Assembly (NCBI GenBank): GCA_028534125.1
Contig: CM052827.1
Coordinates: forward strand, 60,884,001-60,948,000
DNA length: 64,000 bases
Direction of reading: 5' to 3'
Origin: Lama glama
Taxonomy: Eukaryota
Positions 38,261-51,069 of the stretch are shown piece by piece. The notes under the pieces were generated by a model. It was given only the letters and a program-made list of their open reading frames with translations, ran no database searches and had not been told where the DNA came from. Each line of letters starts with the position of its first letter. Within the stretch, counting starts at the first letter, position 1. A program made the position numbers and the translations under genes.

Positions 38261-39106
38261 GAAAGGGAAATTGTAAGAACCAGCCCGTCCCACATCTGAC
38301 AATTATGATCAGACTGGCAATCTAACTTCTCCACAAAATGTTACATCAGAAGTGAAACATATTTTACTGGCTCTTTTATTTTAAAAAACATACTCAATTA
38401 CAAATTTATCTTAATTCATCCCTAGTCAAGTGTTTTCGTTTGCTTGTGACACAAAATTAAATGACAGTAGAAGCTAAACATTATTGATCAACACTTGTGG
38501 ACCAGTCCTAGGATCTTATTCTTGCTTTCTCACTTTGGTATTGTCAATTTGTCAGAAATGCTACCTTTTTTTCCCCTTTTTCTTGTCTCTTAGTGTGAGA
38601 AAGTCATGAATAGATCTTTAAGAAACTTCCTTAATAGGTACAGAACATGCAGCATGTATCAAATGTATTTAATCATGAACCCCTCATTCTGCACAGTAAA
38701 CGTTTCCCAAAACACCCTTTGGTAAGTGCGTATTTTACCTCCTTTTCTTTTCTCAAATGACTAAAGTCTGGATTTTGTCTTCAAGACTTCCGTAATTTTA
38801 AATCCAAATGCTTCTTCTCAGATCACATCTTACAACTTCCTAGTAAGTGATTTTGAAGACCATTTCTGACCCTCTTGGAAATTCTCCTTTCTGGGTTTCC
38901 AGTTCACTGTTCCCTTCCAGTTTTCTTTCTTCTCCTCTGTCTTCTCTTCTGGGTGTCCTTTATTAACATGTCTTCATCTAATTATTTAATATTAATGCTC
39001 CCTAATGACCCATCCTTAACCGTCTTGTCTTCTATTCCAATGATGTAATTCCAGTTGTTTCACTTAGACTTCCACACTCACCCTTACTTTATTCATCTTC
39101 CCTTTC

Positions 39107-40358
39107 TTTTTTTTTGGTTAAAATATAATTGACTTCTAAGACTATGTTAGCTCTAGGTGCACAGCATAGTGATTCAATGTTTCTATATAGTGCAAAGTGG
39201 CCACTGCCGTAAGTCTAGTCACCATCTGTCACCATACAAAGATGCTATGTTGTTACTGACTGTATTCCCTGTGGTTTATGTGTCATCCCTGTGACCCATT
39301 TATTTTGCAGTTGAAAGCTTGTACTTCTTAATTTCCCTCACCTCCTTGTCCTCTCTCCTCCTCCTTCTTCCCTCTGGAAACCACTTGTTTGTTCTCTATA
39401 TCTATGATTCTGTTTCTGTTCTGTTTGTTTGTTTGTTTGTTTCATTCCAGGTATAAGTGATATCATATGCTATTTGTCTTTCTCTGACTTACTTCACTTT
39501 GCATAATATCGTCTAGATGCATCAATGTTATCACAACTTTATCCATTCATCTATTGTTTCCATATCTTGCCTCTTATATATAATGCTGCAATGAACATGT
39601 AGTGTGTGTGTCTTTTCAAAATAGTGTTTTTGTACTNNNNNNNNNNNNNNNNNNNNNNNNNNNNNNNNNNNNNNNNNNNNNNNNNNNNNNNNNNNNNNNN
39701 NNNNNNNNNNNNNNNNNNNNNNNNNNNNNNNNNNNNNNNNNNNNNNNNNNNNNNNNNNNNNNNNNNNNNNNNNNNNNNNNNNNNNNNNNNNNNNNNNNNN
39801 NGTTGTTGTCTTTTTGGTGGTANNNNNNNNNNNNNNNNNNNNNNNNNNNNNNNNNNNNNNNNNNNNNNNNNNNNNNNNNNNNNNNNNNNNNNNNNNNNNN
39901 NNNNNNNNNNNNNNNNNNNNNNNNNNNNNNNNNNNNNNNNNNNNNNNNNNNTTAAGGTCTTCTGCCCATTTTTCAATTAAGTTGTTTATTTTTTGATGTT
40001 GAGTTGTATGGGTTTTTTTGCATATTTTGAATATTAATCACTTATTGGCTATATCATTTGAAAATATCTCCTCCCATTTTTAGACTGCCTTTTTGTTTTG
40101 TTGATAGTTTCCTTCACTGTAAAAAAGCTTTTTAGTTTGATGTAGTCCCATTTGTTTATTTTTCTTTTGTTTCCCTTGCCTGAGGAGACATAACCAAAAA
40201 ATATTGCTAAGGTCAATGTCAAAGAGCATTCTTCTAAGAGTTTTATGGTTTTGGGTCTTATATTCAGGTCTTTAATTCGTTTTGTGTTTATTTTTGTATA
40301 CGGTGAGAGAAAGTGCTCCACTTGATTATTTTTGATGTAGCTGTCCGGTTTTACCAAC
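39107..40358 (-). mobile_element. Older laurasiatherian L1 (3'UTR plus ORF2 C-terminal relic) with two N-gaps
   Basis: Poly-T start; ORF 40049..40357 reads SPYTKINTKRIKDLNIRPKTIKLLEE...INKWDYIKLKSFFTVKETINK, matching the L1 ORF2p C-terminal region; N at 39637-39801 and 39823-39951. Confidence 0.9.
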
Positions 40359-40383
40359 TCTCAAATGTGACCTTCACCTTCCC

Positions 40384-40617
40384 ATAACAAGGGCTTTCCA
40401 TAAGTTCCATGGCAGAAGAGAGAGATTAGAAATTGAGTAGGGGCTTCTGCTGCCTCATACTGGGCTGGCACAGGTTTTGGCTGCTCACATTTCATTGTCT
40501 GTAGGTAATCACAGGGTTCTGTCTGTCGAGAGTGGTGCTGGCAATGTTAGTCTTCCATGCACTCAGGAAAGAAGAGGCAACATTGGTGAGCAGTTTAGCA
40601 CTGGGATTGTATCACAG
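40384..40617 (-). mobile_element. MLT1J/K-like LTR fragment
   Basis: tgctcacatttcattgtc...gctggcaatgttagtcttccatgcactcaggaaagaagagg...ggtgagcag. Confidence 0.5.
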
Positions 40618-41569
40618 TCATCTTCATATCTCCAGTCCTTGGCACAGAGTTTGATAATAAACATCCAATAAATGTTTCATAAGTTGAATCTTAAACTAGT
40701 CAAAACTTGAGTCATTTTACAGATGGAAAAGCTGAAGCCCCCAAAGGAAAGTAACTTTCCCCAAATTACTCAAGTGGATATTTACAGAACTAGAACAAGA
40801 ATATAAATCTATCGCTCTTTTTACTACACATGCTGTTCATGCAGGAATTTGTTCTGGAAGAATTTTATGATTTAATGAGGTTGAGCATTATCTCCATTAA
40901 GATTGCGAGTTTGTTTCATTGCTTGTTTTGAATTTTTGCTTACACAGTGACCAGAGATAAGGCATGAACTAAATCAGCAAACTGATTCAAATACAATAGG
41001 AAAAACTTAGTATAGATTCTCAGCTGGTTTCCAGGAAACATCAGGAACTATTTCTGGGTCCTAAATAGCCCACATATGTTTGACTGGTATTGTCTCCTTT
41101 GCTACATGGTTTTTAATTGCATATCAAATACTTTTATTAATAGAAAGAAAAAAGGAGGTTGAAAAGAGAACCACATTCATACATTATCACCTACTCTAAC
41201 TTTAGTTCTTCACTGTAGGTTCTGGAATAGTAATTCTTATGTATTTGCTTAGCAATTTGGGACCTCTTTTCCCATTTTATCCTAACTAATTTTTAAATCA
41301 GTAGGTGGGGATTCTCTCAGTGCTATTTTATCTAAGAAAATATTAAGAGTCTATGGCTACTCAGTCATCTCTTTGGGGCAATCTTACTTATTTCAACGCC
41401 TTGGTGGTCTTACTTACCTGACATCTCAGGGTTCTCCTCAAAACTCCATTGAGGTTCTCTCTTAAGATCTACTTCTACATGTGAAATCCCATTTGAATGT
41501 TTCTAAAATAAACTCAAGATCTTCCTCCCTGCTCTCAGTATTCCTCAAACAGATAAACGAACAGTGGCA

Positions 41570-41860
41570 GAGACTGCTGGCTGTGACATGTGGCTGACTT
41601 CTAGTCAATGGTATAGAAATACAAGTTATGGGTGTCCCTCCCAAGTCTGGCCCATACCATCTTCCTGGCCTACAGCAAACAAACCGACAAACAAAGAAAC
41701 AAAGCAACAATAACAATAATAGATTTTAAAAAAACCTTCTCTTTAAATTTCTACTTGGCTGGAGATGCCTGTGCCAAACTTGGAAGCCGTATGAGCTTCT
41801 ATCAGCCTGAGTTCTTAAGTGACTATAGGCGAAGACCCCCATCACCCTCCTGGACTGTTA
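41570..41860 (+). mobile_element. MLT1I/J-like LTR fragment
   Basis: gacatgtggctgacttctagtcaatgg...ttggaagcc...gagcttctatcagcctgagttcttaagtgact. Confidence 0.5.
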
Positions 41861-42399
41861 ACAAACCTCAGTTTGCTCATCTATGAAATGAGAATAACTA
41901 CTTTATTTCAAGAACTAAATGAGATCATGTAAACAAAGCATTTATTTTAATGTATGTCTAAAGAAGACCAGTGATGAATTTTAGCTTCATTACCTCCATC
42001 CTCCCATGGATATGAGGAAAACAATCCTTTTTCTTGCTTCTTAAGCCTCTGATTCCATTACCATATTTTCTTCTGTTCTCTACTTGGCAGAGCCAATGGT
42101 GGTTGCGAGACTGAAACTTTGTTAATTTCCTACTGCCAAATCTGCAATAGACATGGATCCAAATCCCATTCCTCTCCTTTCCTCCTGCCCAGTCATGCTC
42201 CCGCGATTGATTATTAGCCAGTATTTATTGATTAATATGTGCCAGGCAATATGTGAAGCTCCGCATGGGCTATGTCCTTCGAGCTCACGAAGTAGGCACT
42301 ATTTCGGAGACCTGTATTGCAGGTGAAAGAATTGAGAACAGAAAAATTAAGCAGTTTTTCAAAAAACAAGCCTGGTAGAGCCTCCATGTGTCTTTAACC

Positions 42400-43405
42400 T
42401 CTCTCACTCTGTTTTCACTTTCTGTCTGCATCTAAGCATGTTTCCATCCCCGCGGTCTTGGGAAAAGCCGTTCCCTGAAACGACTGTGCTCTCCTGCATC
42501 CTCTTCATTTGCAGTCTCCGCTTCCTCCCCTCTCGCCCTTCGAGAAACCTGGCTTGTGTACTTATCACTCTAATGCTCTTCCTCTGATTCTCTAGTAACA
42601 CATCCATCAGAGACTGCCTACTTCTTACATCACTCCTCTTCTCTGAAATAGTTAGCTGCCTTGACTGCTTCTCTTTCCTGAGACATGCGCTCCTTTCTTG
42701 AGCCCCTCTCCCTCTCCACACTACCCTTCTAGCCACTCTTTCCTCGGTCTAACTTTGGGGATTATTTTTCCTCTGACTGTTTCTTAAATGTTGGTGCTCC
42801 TCAGGGTTCTTTACCCTTAATTTTTTTTTTTACTCTAAATATTCTGCTATTAATATCGTTCATTCCTATGGTGTCAGTTACAAAAAATATGCCACAGAGT
42901 CCTATTTTTATCTAGTCCACCCATTGTTTTTGACTTCTATAACCATTGAATCAATTTCTGTTTGACGTTACCAATTTAGATGCTGCAAAAGCACCTCAAA
43001 CTTAACATTTCTGAAACTGAATTGATAATCTCTCTCTCTCTTTCCTTCTTGCAGTTTCTCCCCCTAAACTTCCCTCCTTCAGCAGTTTGCACATTTGTCC
43101 CAGCTGGAAATTGCACATCATCTTTGGATCTGCTCCTTCAGTCATCCCCTACACCCAGTCAGGTTCTCTGAGTCTTGTTAATTAACAAGTAATTCCATTT
43201 CCTAAATACAATTCAACTGGCTAGGCTTTTATTCATTCATCATTTCCTGCTATTTGCCATTACCCATGTCTCCTGAGCATTGAGTGCTGCAGCTACATTA
43301 TTCGCCGTTCTTGGAAAAATATTTGTCAGAAAGTTTGCAGCTTTTTGAGGACCATCTCTCCTCCTAGATTGTGAGAGCTCTGAGGAAAGAAGGTTGTCTT
43401 TGTTA
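42400..43405 (+). mobile_element. L2 LINE fragments
   Basis: ttcttaaatgttggtgctcctcagggttct...gcacctcaaacttaacatttctgaaactgaa; 3' end ctagattgtgagagctctgagg. Confidence 0.7.
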
Positions 43406-43449
43406 CAGTGAACTGGACACCTCCTAGACTGAAAATATATTTGCAAGAA

Positions 43450-44496
43450 GTCCAGTTCACTGAAAGGCCATTTGCCAAATAGCTGGATTCACCAGATTTA
43501 CCCAATTCATAAATTTATTCCAAATGGATTTAGTAGGTAAAGCTTGGTGCCCAATGATGAAATATGGTTTTCTGCCTATTAACTTTTTAATATTGATATA
43601 TCATCTGAGAATCTGATCCCAAATATCTATAAATGCTTAAGTTTAGAAAAACAGAATCAGTATTAATTTTAAAAAATTCTCAAAGGAAAAGCTGTTTTCC
43701 AACCTCCCCTGTTTTCGCCCTGTTTTATAATAATGAGACCACTTGTCTACCTCTGAAATATTTTCAGTTATCTTTGAATGTCATTTTCTATTTCAGTAAC
43801 TTTAAGCATTCTCCTATTTCTCTTGCCATTTCCGCAAATGGCATACCAGCTTTCCTTTTATATCTCTAGCATTTAAAGTTTAAGATTAAATTAAACTTTA
43901 ATTAAGATTAAATTTTAAATTTAAACTCACAGGCACTAAAATAAATCAGAATTTTAAATTAAATTAAATTTTAATTAAACAAAATGTTTAAGTTAAATTT
44001 AGAATTAAATTTGAATTTATCTAAAAGAATCAGAATTAGTTAAAAAATCACATTTCCATGAAACTAAAAATGCAACTTCTCTCAAGGAACAATTAGGGTA
44101 TCTTGACTTGGTTGGTAGCAATTTGCAAAATAATTCTTAAAAGCACAAAAAAACAATGAAAAGAAATGACCACAGTGGACCAAATAAAAAAGATGTTAAA
44201 GAAAGATTAAAAAAATAAATTGCTTAAAAATACTATAAATGTTAACAGATGAATGCTAATAGGGTGGCTCAATACAAAATGACATTTTTAAAAGGAGAAG
44301 AAATCAGTATAAACTGAGAGTTCTCATGTGAAAACTAATTTTTTGCTTACTACATATGAGCTATTTCATCTTCAGTCATCAAATTAAATATTTTTCTTAA
44401 AACCTATAAGATTATCTTTTGTCAAGTCAAGGTATTTATTTGGTTTGTTGTCAGTGAATCAGCCATTTGGTGAACTGATTTTTTAGTGACTTTGTC
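43450..44496. mobile_element. Putative ancient DNA transposon with imperfect 44-bp TIRs (family not identified)
   Basis: 43450-43493 aligns by eye at roughly 70 percent identity to the reverse complement of 44453-44496; AT-rich interior; lies between L2 pieces. Confidence 0.5.
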
Positions 44497-44539
44497 TGCT
44501 AGTTTGCCGCCAGCAAACTTGCCTATACTCTCGAACTTT

Positions 44540-46025
44540 CTCTAATTTTTATAGCTTTCTTGTGTTTATGGAAGTCTCTCTTCCTCCTGAGATTTCCTGG
44601 CATCCTTTTTAAGTGACATCTGCTAACATTTTTTACAACCAGGATACTTTCAACTTCTCTGGTCAGAGGTTTGTTTCTTTGTTTCCCTCTTTTTCAGGCT
44701 CTTCTTCTTCTCCCGGGCCAATATATTCATGTTGTCCTCGAGGCTTAATTCTATACTTCTATTTTCTATGTTCTTTCCTCAGGCAATTTCATCTTTGCCA
44801 TAGCTTCAGGCACTATCTTTGAGCAAATAATTTACCAGTATGTGGCTCTTGATGTGGCCCAGATCTCTGTGGGCATACCCCCGTGCACTGGATGTCTCAG
44901 AAACTCTTCAAACTCAATGTTTCAAGACCAAATGGAGCTGTATGCTCTCCTTTCCCTGACAACCCCAGCTCTCCAAATCTGATCTTCCTTGGAGGTCCCT
45001 ATCTTAGAATATAGTACCAACTTTCCTTTCAATTGTATAAACCAGAAACCAAAGAGTCATTCATGTCACTCCCTTGTCTTCAGTCTCCAAACCAACCCAT
45101 CATTGATTCTGCCATGTATTTTTCAAGTGTATTTTCATCATTCCTCTCCATTGCCACTGTTTTAGCCCAAGCTTCCATCACGCTTGGTTGAAACTACTGT
45201 TATAGTCTGTTACCTCCCTTATGGGATTGTTACAATTAAATTTTATACCTTAAATCTTAGAACAGAGGCTGGTACCTAGTAAGCACTCACCAAATGTATG
45301 ATAATTTAATAGAAGTAAAATATTATTTTGTTCCTTTATCTCCTCTTTTCTTAAGGTTTATTTTAAAAGATTTAATATATTTCTAATATATTATATCACT
45401 GTCCTCTTAAAACTTTTTAATGGCTTCCCATTACTTGTAAAGACCTAAATTCATAGCATGGCCCACATGATCGTGCGAGTTTGGGCCCCTGAATACCTCT
45501 TGGTGCTTCTCTCTCCTTCCTTGGGCCCCAGGCATTGACCTTTTCAGACCCTGGAACGGGCCACACCACGGCCCAGTGCAGAGCTTTTTTCGGTGTACTT
45601 TCCTGTGCAGGCCTCTTCCCACCAACCCCTATGCCCTTTGCTGTGAAACTCCCCTTCCTCTTTTCTTTGTAGTAGACTTTATTTCTCAGAGCAGTTTTAG
45701 GGTCATAGTAAAGTTGAGTGGAAAGTACAGAGAGTTCTCGTATTCTCCTTCACCCTCCACATACACAGCCTTCCCTACTCCCTTCCTCTTTTTAGGCAAC
45801 TGCCCCCCCCGACCCCGTGCTAGATATACTTCATTATTGGCTCTCATAGAACCATATCCTCTTCTTCAGACACCACGTGGAATTTGTAATTTTTTAATGT
45901 GATTTTTTGTTGCTTGTCTTTTTTTCTTCACAAGGCATAAACTCCATGAGGGCAAAGATTGTGTTTTTAGTGCTTGTAATTTCCTTCCCAAGATCTAATC
46001 CAGTGCCTGGCATATAGTAAGAACG
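44540..46025 (+). mobile_element. L2 LINE 3' part with internal MIR and L1 insertions
   Basis: ctggatgtctcagaaactcttcaaactcaatgt...tttaatggcttcccatt...taaactccatgagggcaaaga...cagtgcctggcatatagta. Confidence 0.75.
45665..45776 (-). mobile_element. L1MC-type 3' tip with about 16-bp TSD
   Basis: agagcagttttagggtcatagtaaagttgagtggaaagtacagagagttc; TSD actccccttcctctttt (45648-45664) versus actcccttcctctttt (45777-45792). Confidence 0.8.
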
Positions 46026-46254
46026 TCTTCAGTAAACAGTCATCACTGTCATTCAGTGTCATCTATCATTCAATCCTGTATACTCGCTGGGTAAAACATA
46101 GCTCTATGTAATTACCATTATAGGACTTTGAAAACCTAAAATAAAAACAGTAATTTTGCTATTTGTTTCTGCTCGGACTAATTTAGATTCTGAATTTAAA
46201 ACTATTTTTGTACAGTAGCTCTTAAAAATTAACCACAGATGTTACATTAAGTAT

Positions 46255-46304
46255 ATATATACATCTATATATATATATATATATATATATATAGATGTAT
46301 ATAT
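46255..46304. repeat. Perfect 50-bp palindrome around an (AT)13 core
   Basis: atatatacatct(at)13agatgtatatat is self-complementary throughout. Confidence 0.95.
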
Positions 46305-46459
46305 TAAGTATAGATATATATAGATGGATATAAAATTATTCTGTAGTGTATTAAGTGTAACAATTCCTTCCTACTTTCATTTTTTTCTTGCCTATTTTCA
46401 AGCCTGAAGTTTGTTTCTCTCTAAAAATTTGCTTATCTGAACCTGAGAAGCACATACCA

Positions 46460-46473
46460 CCACAAGGGGGCAG
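46460..46473 (+). promoter_or_regulatory. CTCF core motif match
   Basis: ccacaagggggcag closely fits the CTCF core CCACNAGGGGGCRG; binding is not shown by sequence alone. Confidence 0.55.
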
Positions 46474-48875
46474 GGATAGACAAATATTCAGTTCTTTTAA
46501 CTCAGATTTCTGTATCATGAGATTACTTGTTGACAGAGTTAATTTGGGCCATTATTTTTTGGCATGGGTTTCTTTTTTCATTTGCCATTTAGTTAAAAAT
46601 ATATAAGCACTGTTACCATTTTCATATAGTATACGTCTTAAAGATGAACAGACCTCTACTATGCGAATTGTAGGCATAAAATAGCTCATCTCTTCACTAC
46701 ATTAAGTAATTTTACAGTTATAAGGATGATATGCCATACATTGGAATAAATTCTTTCCTTAGTAATTTTATAGTTTTCATTCTTCTGTTTTGTCTTTAGC
46801 CTGTACGTACACATGCACACACAAGTGGGTGGAGGGAAAAGATTTCATGGCTTTTTTTTTTAATACTCATTTTAGGGAATACTTAGGTATTCATGGCATA
46901 GAAATGAGAAACCAAACATTTTGGGGGGAACAGGATTTCACGGTATAGTTTGCTTTGTTGTCCTACCCTTTGTGCACTAAACACACATCTCTCTTCTTGT
47001 TCACTTAGATTAAGAAAAACACATCCTGAGATGTATGTGGCTTTCTCGACAGAATTCTCCTAAACAGTTTAGGTGGGACTTTATATTAGTGATCTAATTC
47101 CATGACTAACTTTGTATTGGTAATTCTGAAATTTAGTTCTCTGTAAACGAAGAGTCCATCAAATTTAGAGGTGAATTTTAAGAATGCCAAGTTCAATGGT
47201 AATGACAAGACAATTTTTAGGTGGACAAATGCCTTGGTTAGGAGAAAGTTTAGAAGAGAAAGAGGGCTTTTTTTAGAGAAGCTAACAGCAGAAAGAGTAA
47301 GTCTCTGATTCAGATTGGGAGCCACCAGAGAGCACATGGGCGGTTTGGATCCGTCACCTGAGTTTGATGCTTTTCCAGGCTTCGATGCCTGTTTCACTTC
47401 AAATCATCAAAGGATCATATAATATAAAGACTTTGGAGTGAATGAAGATTTCCCATGAGTCAGTAATGGACATGACTAAATTGGACATAAAGTATTAGAT
47501 ATTGGTACTCCTCTGAGACACAATCTTTGAAAATATTTAGTTAAACTCAGATTTTTGAGGTGCACGGGCGGCTGTCGCTGGGCGTGTTGCTCCCACCGGC
47601 GGTGCTGACTTACGGCAGCATCCTCAGCTGTAATTTTACGGTTGGGTTCGTTGATGTTATTTTTCTCTCCAATAATGCTCTGTGACCTGATTTTATCCTC
47701 ATTCATTAGACGGCTTATGCAACGTGACCTTCATCTGGCAAGTGTGGGTCAGGGCATTTCCCTGCTGTAACTGTGTAGGGAAGTAACTTCTGTAACACCA
47801 GGACACGTGCTTCCTTACGGTGAGGAGGACAGAGGCTCGCCTCTGCTTGTTGACTGTGTCACTCTGGATGGGTACGTACATTTTGCTAAGCACCTAAATC
47901 ACCTTGTGGAAAATGTATCCTGTATCCTTAGAATTGAAAAGATGACAGCAACTTCCTGGCTGGCCTTTAGACTGGGTGACACCAAAGCTTGATTGGGCAC
48001 TAGCCTGAGTATTAAATGAAAGAGTCTGCTTACTGCGTAAAGAAGGCTGAGTATCTTGATTGAAGAACGGGGCTTTCCCAATGATTGAAATGAATTAGAT
48101 GTGAATGATGGGCAGTGTGTCTGTGTCAGGCTAGCCCTGTGCCTTGCTGTCAGATTCTTTTGAAATTAGAAATCCAGTATTAGAATTCTCTGATTAAGAT
48201 GCAAATTCTAAGACATGGTAATATGACCTAACCTGTTTAGAGTTGGGGCTGGGGCTTGTGGAATGGGGCTATGGATGGTCACAGGTATCTTTGAGGTCCA
48301 GAGGGGAATCTGATGCAAAAGGGGAGACTCTATAAGATTACCAGTCCGTGGAGGTAGTGGGCTAGGAGGCAGCATGGGAGCCAGCAATGGAATATGAGAA
48401 GAAAACTGGAGGTCTGAAAGTGCAGAGGAAATGGTGCATCAGCTTTTAGGGCCAGAGCAGAAGGGGAGCTGCAGCAAGAACCCAGAAACAGAAACAGGCT
48501 TGTCACAAGGTGGTTAGGGAGCAAATTACTTGAATTGCAGCCCACTTAACTTTCGAGCAAATGTGCTTCCTGGAGCTGGAAATTTGTTCTTAAAAGAACA
48601 AGTCCTGTAGGACAGAGGCCTTGCCAAAGTCCAGATTGGCTTCAGTGCTGCAGGAACAAACACATTTTACAAAATCCAAATACTCATCACTGGGGGAAAG
48701 CTGAATTCCCAGGAAATGACTATTCTTTACCTGCTCTTTCTAAGCATCGACCATTTATTAGATGATACGTCACCTTAGGGAGTTGAATGAAATTTCTGCC
48801 AGCATAGCCCAATTGCTGGATGTCTTCTGGAAAAATAAGAAGAAATCCAGCAGAAGAACTATGTCAGAATCAATT

Positions 48876-48919
48876 TCTCTCTCTCCCTCTCTCTCTCTGT
48901 CTCTCCCTCTCGCTCTCTG
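48876..48919. repeat. Imperfect (CT)n repeat
   Basis: About 22 CT units with a few interruptions (cc, gt, cg). Confidence 0.85.
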
Positions 48920-51069
48920 TATGGGTGACCTTTTATAAAGGAGGATAATAAATCTCCTTTTCCAAAACTTGTCTCAGCTTTGGCAGAGGAAAGTGAAAAT
49001 GTTTTGTCCATTAGAGAGGAAGGTTATCAGGCTACCCAACTGTGTAATTTGTTAGAGTCCACTTGACTTAAACTCCGACTGTCCCCAGCGCACTCTGTTC
49101 TGCAGCACATGCGGTATAGGGTCTCCTACAGTTTGTTCCACCTCCCAGTCATTCATGCCCCCTGCCCACCTAGTAGGGGAAGACAGACTATCTTCAGCCC
49201 ATGAAAAACACATCCTGGCTTTCATGTGTTATAGGGAACTCTCTTATATCACATATTTATTTTTCTCTTATTTTACCGAGAGCACAGTTGGCCATGGGGC
49301 TGGATGCGGGGCTGTGATAAGTGGTACAGACAACCAGAAAGGCTGCCCGCCTTGTTGCCCATAAAGAGCAGCTCACGTTTCTCTCTCCACATACATAAGA
49401 GGTGGTCTGTCAACATGCTCACACACATGTTAGGACTGAGTTAGTCACTAAGTCATTCAAATCCATTCGTTCTTTCAATAAACACATCTGTTGAGTACAT
49501 TCTATGGGCAAGAACTGACCTCATGCATTGTCTCCAGACACTATTTTGCGTGTTCTTCCCTCCTGTATTTTATTCTCTTCTTTCTTATTCTAAGCAAATA
49601 ACTCATTTCTTGCTTCAAGTGTTCTTTTGCAAAGGGAAAGTAGAAACTTTCTGGAAGCAACCTTCATGTTGCTTTTCTAAAAGATTGTGCTCGCAAAGAG
49701 TGGGGAAATAGAGAGAGACAAATACTTTCCCCATGAATGAAGGACGAGGATTTCTTAGACTAAGGAGGAGGAAGGGCTTGTAAATTATTAGTTTAAACAA
49801 CGGACATCCCATCAAACTACCATGAAGCTAGCTCTGTCCACACACCTTCATAGGAGTTGACTCCCCCAAGTGAATCACCTCCAGAAACCATGAGCCAAAT
49901 GGATAAATGTGTGCTTGTTGGTCAGAAAGGTCTTTACACGTTTGAATCGTGATTGTGATTGGTTGCTTAGCTTCTCTGCCCTCTACCTTCTAAGAGCTTT
50001 CGTCACAAAACTAGCCAGGTGGCTTCTGGCACAAGTGTTATCGTAAAGCTTGCCACAGATTGGAGAACCCAAGTAGTTTCCAGCCAGTCCCTTCTTTCTT
50101 TCATGCAGGGGCTCAGAGGAGACACAGTGTGTTCACAAAATCATAGCTTTTCTTCAAAGGAAAGGGAAATGGAAATAGAACTGATACTTCAGGAAGCAAA
50201 GCAGGTGGGTAACCAAGAAGAGATTGTTGGCAGGCTCTCAGGGTGTCCTGGCTTAAACTCCTTGTCAGCTGGTTAATGAAAGACACTGGGAGAAGCCAGG
50301 CATGGGGATCTGGAGATTCTGTGAGGTCTGTGTTCCTGAAACACCTTGTACTTTCCTTAATGACATTGATCTTACTCTACCTTGTAGTGTACCTAAGTGG
50401 CAAGTTTTCTTCCGAGATGATCAGTATAAACTGCAAATAGCAGGCAGGAAAGAGTTAAAGGGTTTCTATGTGCCTGACTCCGCCAGCAGCATTTTGGCAG
50501 AATTTGATTACAAGGCTGGCTGCAACAGTTGGGGAACATTTGGCTGGGGGACATTTTGAAAAGGAAACAGGAAAAGACTATGGAGAAGAAAGCTTGTTGT
50601 TCTTCTCAGCAATATGGTCTTCCTCGTGGCTTGTCTTCTGGAAATCCTTCCTTCCCGTGTGACACTCGTGGAGCAAGAGGCCTCAGATTGAGGGTGATGG
50701 GTAGTGAGGTGCAGTCCGAGACGGCAGTGGGGGTCTGTCAGACTGCAAACCTGCAGCAGCCTGCATAAGCAAGGAAGAGACTGGGAGGCTGGACTACTCC
50801 CAGACTGCACGAGGAGTGTGTGGGAAGGAGGGAAGAACGGTGTGCTGGTCCTGATGGACGCCAGAAGGTTGGGTTGCTTGGCTGGGCTGTATCTACTCAG
50901 TGGGTGGTTGTAAGGATGAAATGAGATGACACATCAAGGATGCTTGGCGCATCATATATGCTCAGTCAGTGCTGGCTGGCATCATTACAAGTCAGGCTGG
51001 TCAACAAAGTCAGACATGAAATATGACCTATGAGGTCGTTTAAACTATGGCCAGTGGGTGAGGGGGCGT

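Noticed and set aside
40049-40357. 102-aa ORF with real protein similarity
   Set aside because: Decayed L1 ORF2p C-terminal fragment, not a host gene.
43870-44025. A/T-only quasi-palindromic tract (ttaaattaaatttt repeats)
   Set aside because: Low-complexity slippage inside the putative transposon; no defined repeat unit.
50302-50559. 85-aa ATG-initiated ORF in unique sequence
   Set aside because: No recognisable homology, exon boundaries or poly(A)/TSD signature of a retrocopy.
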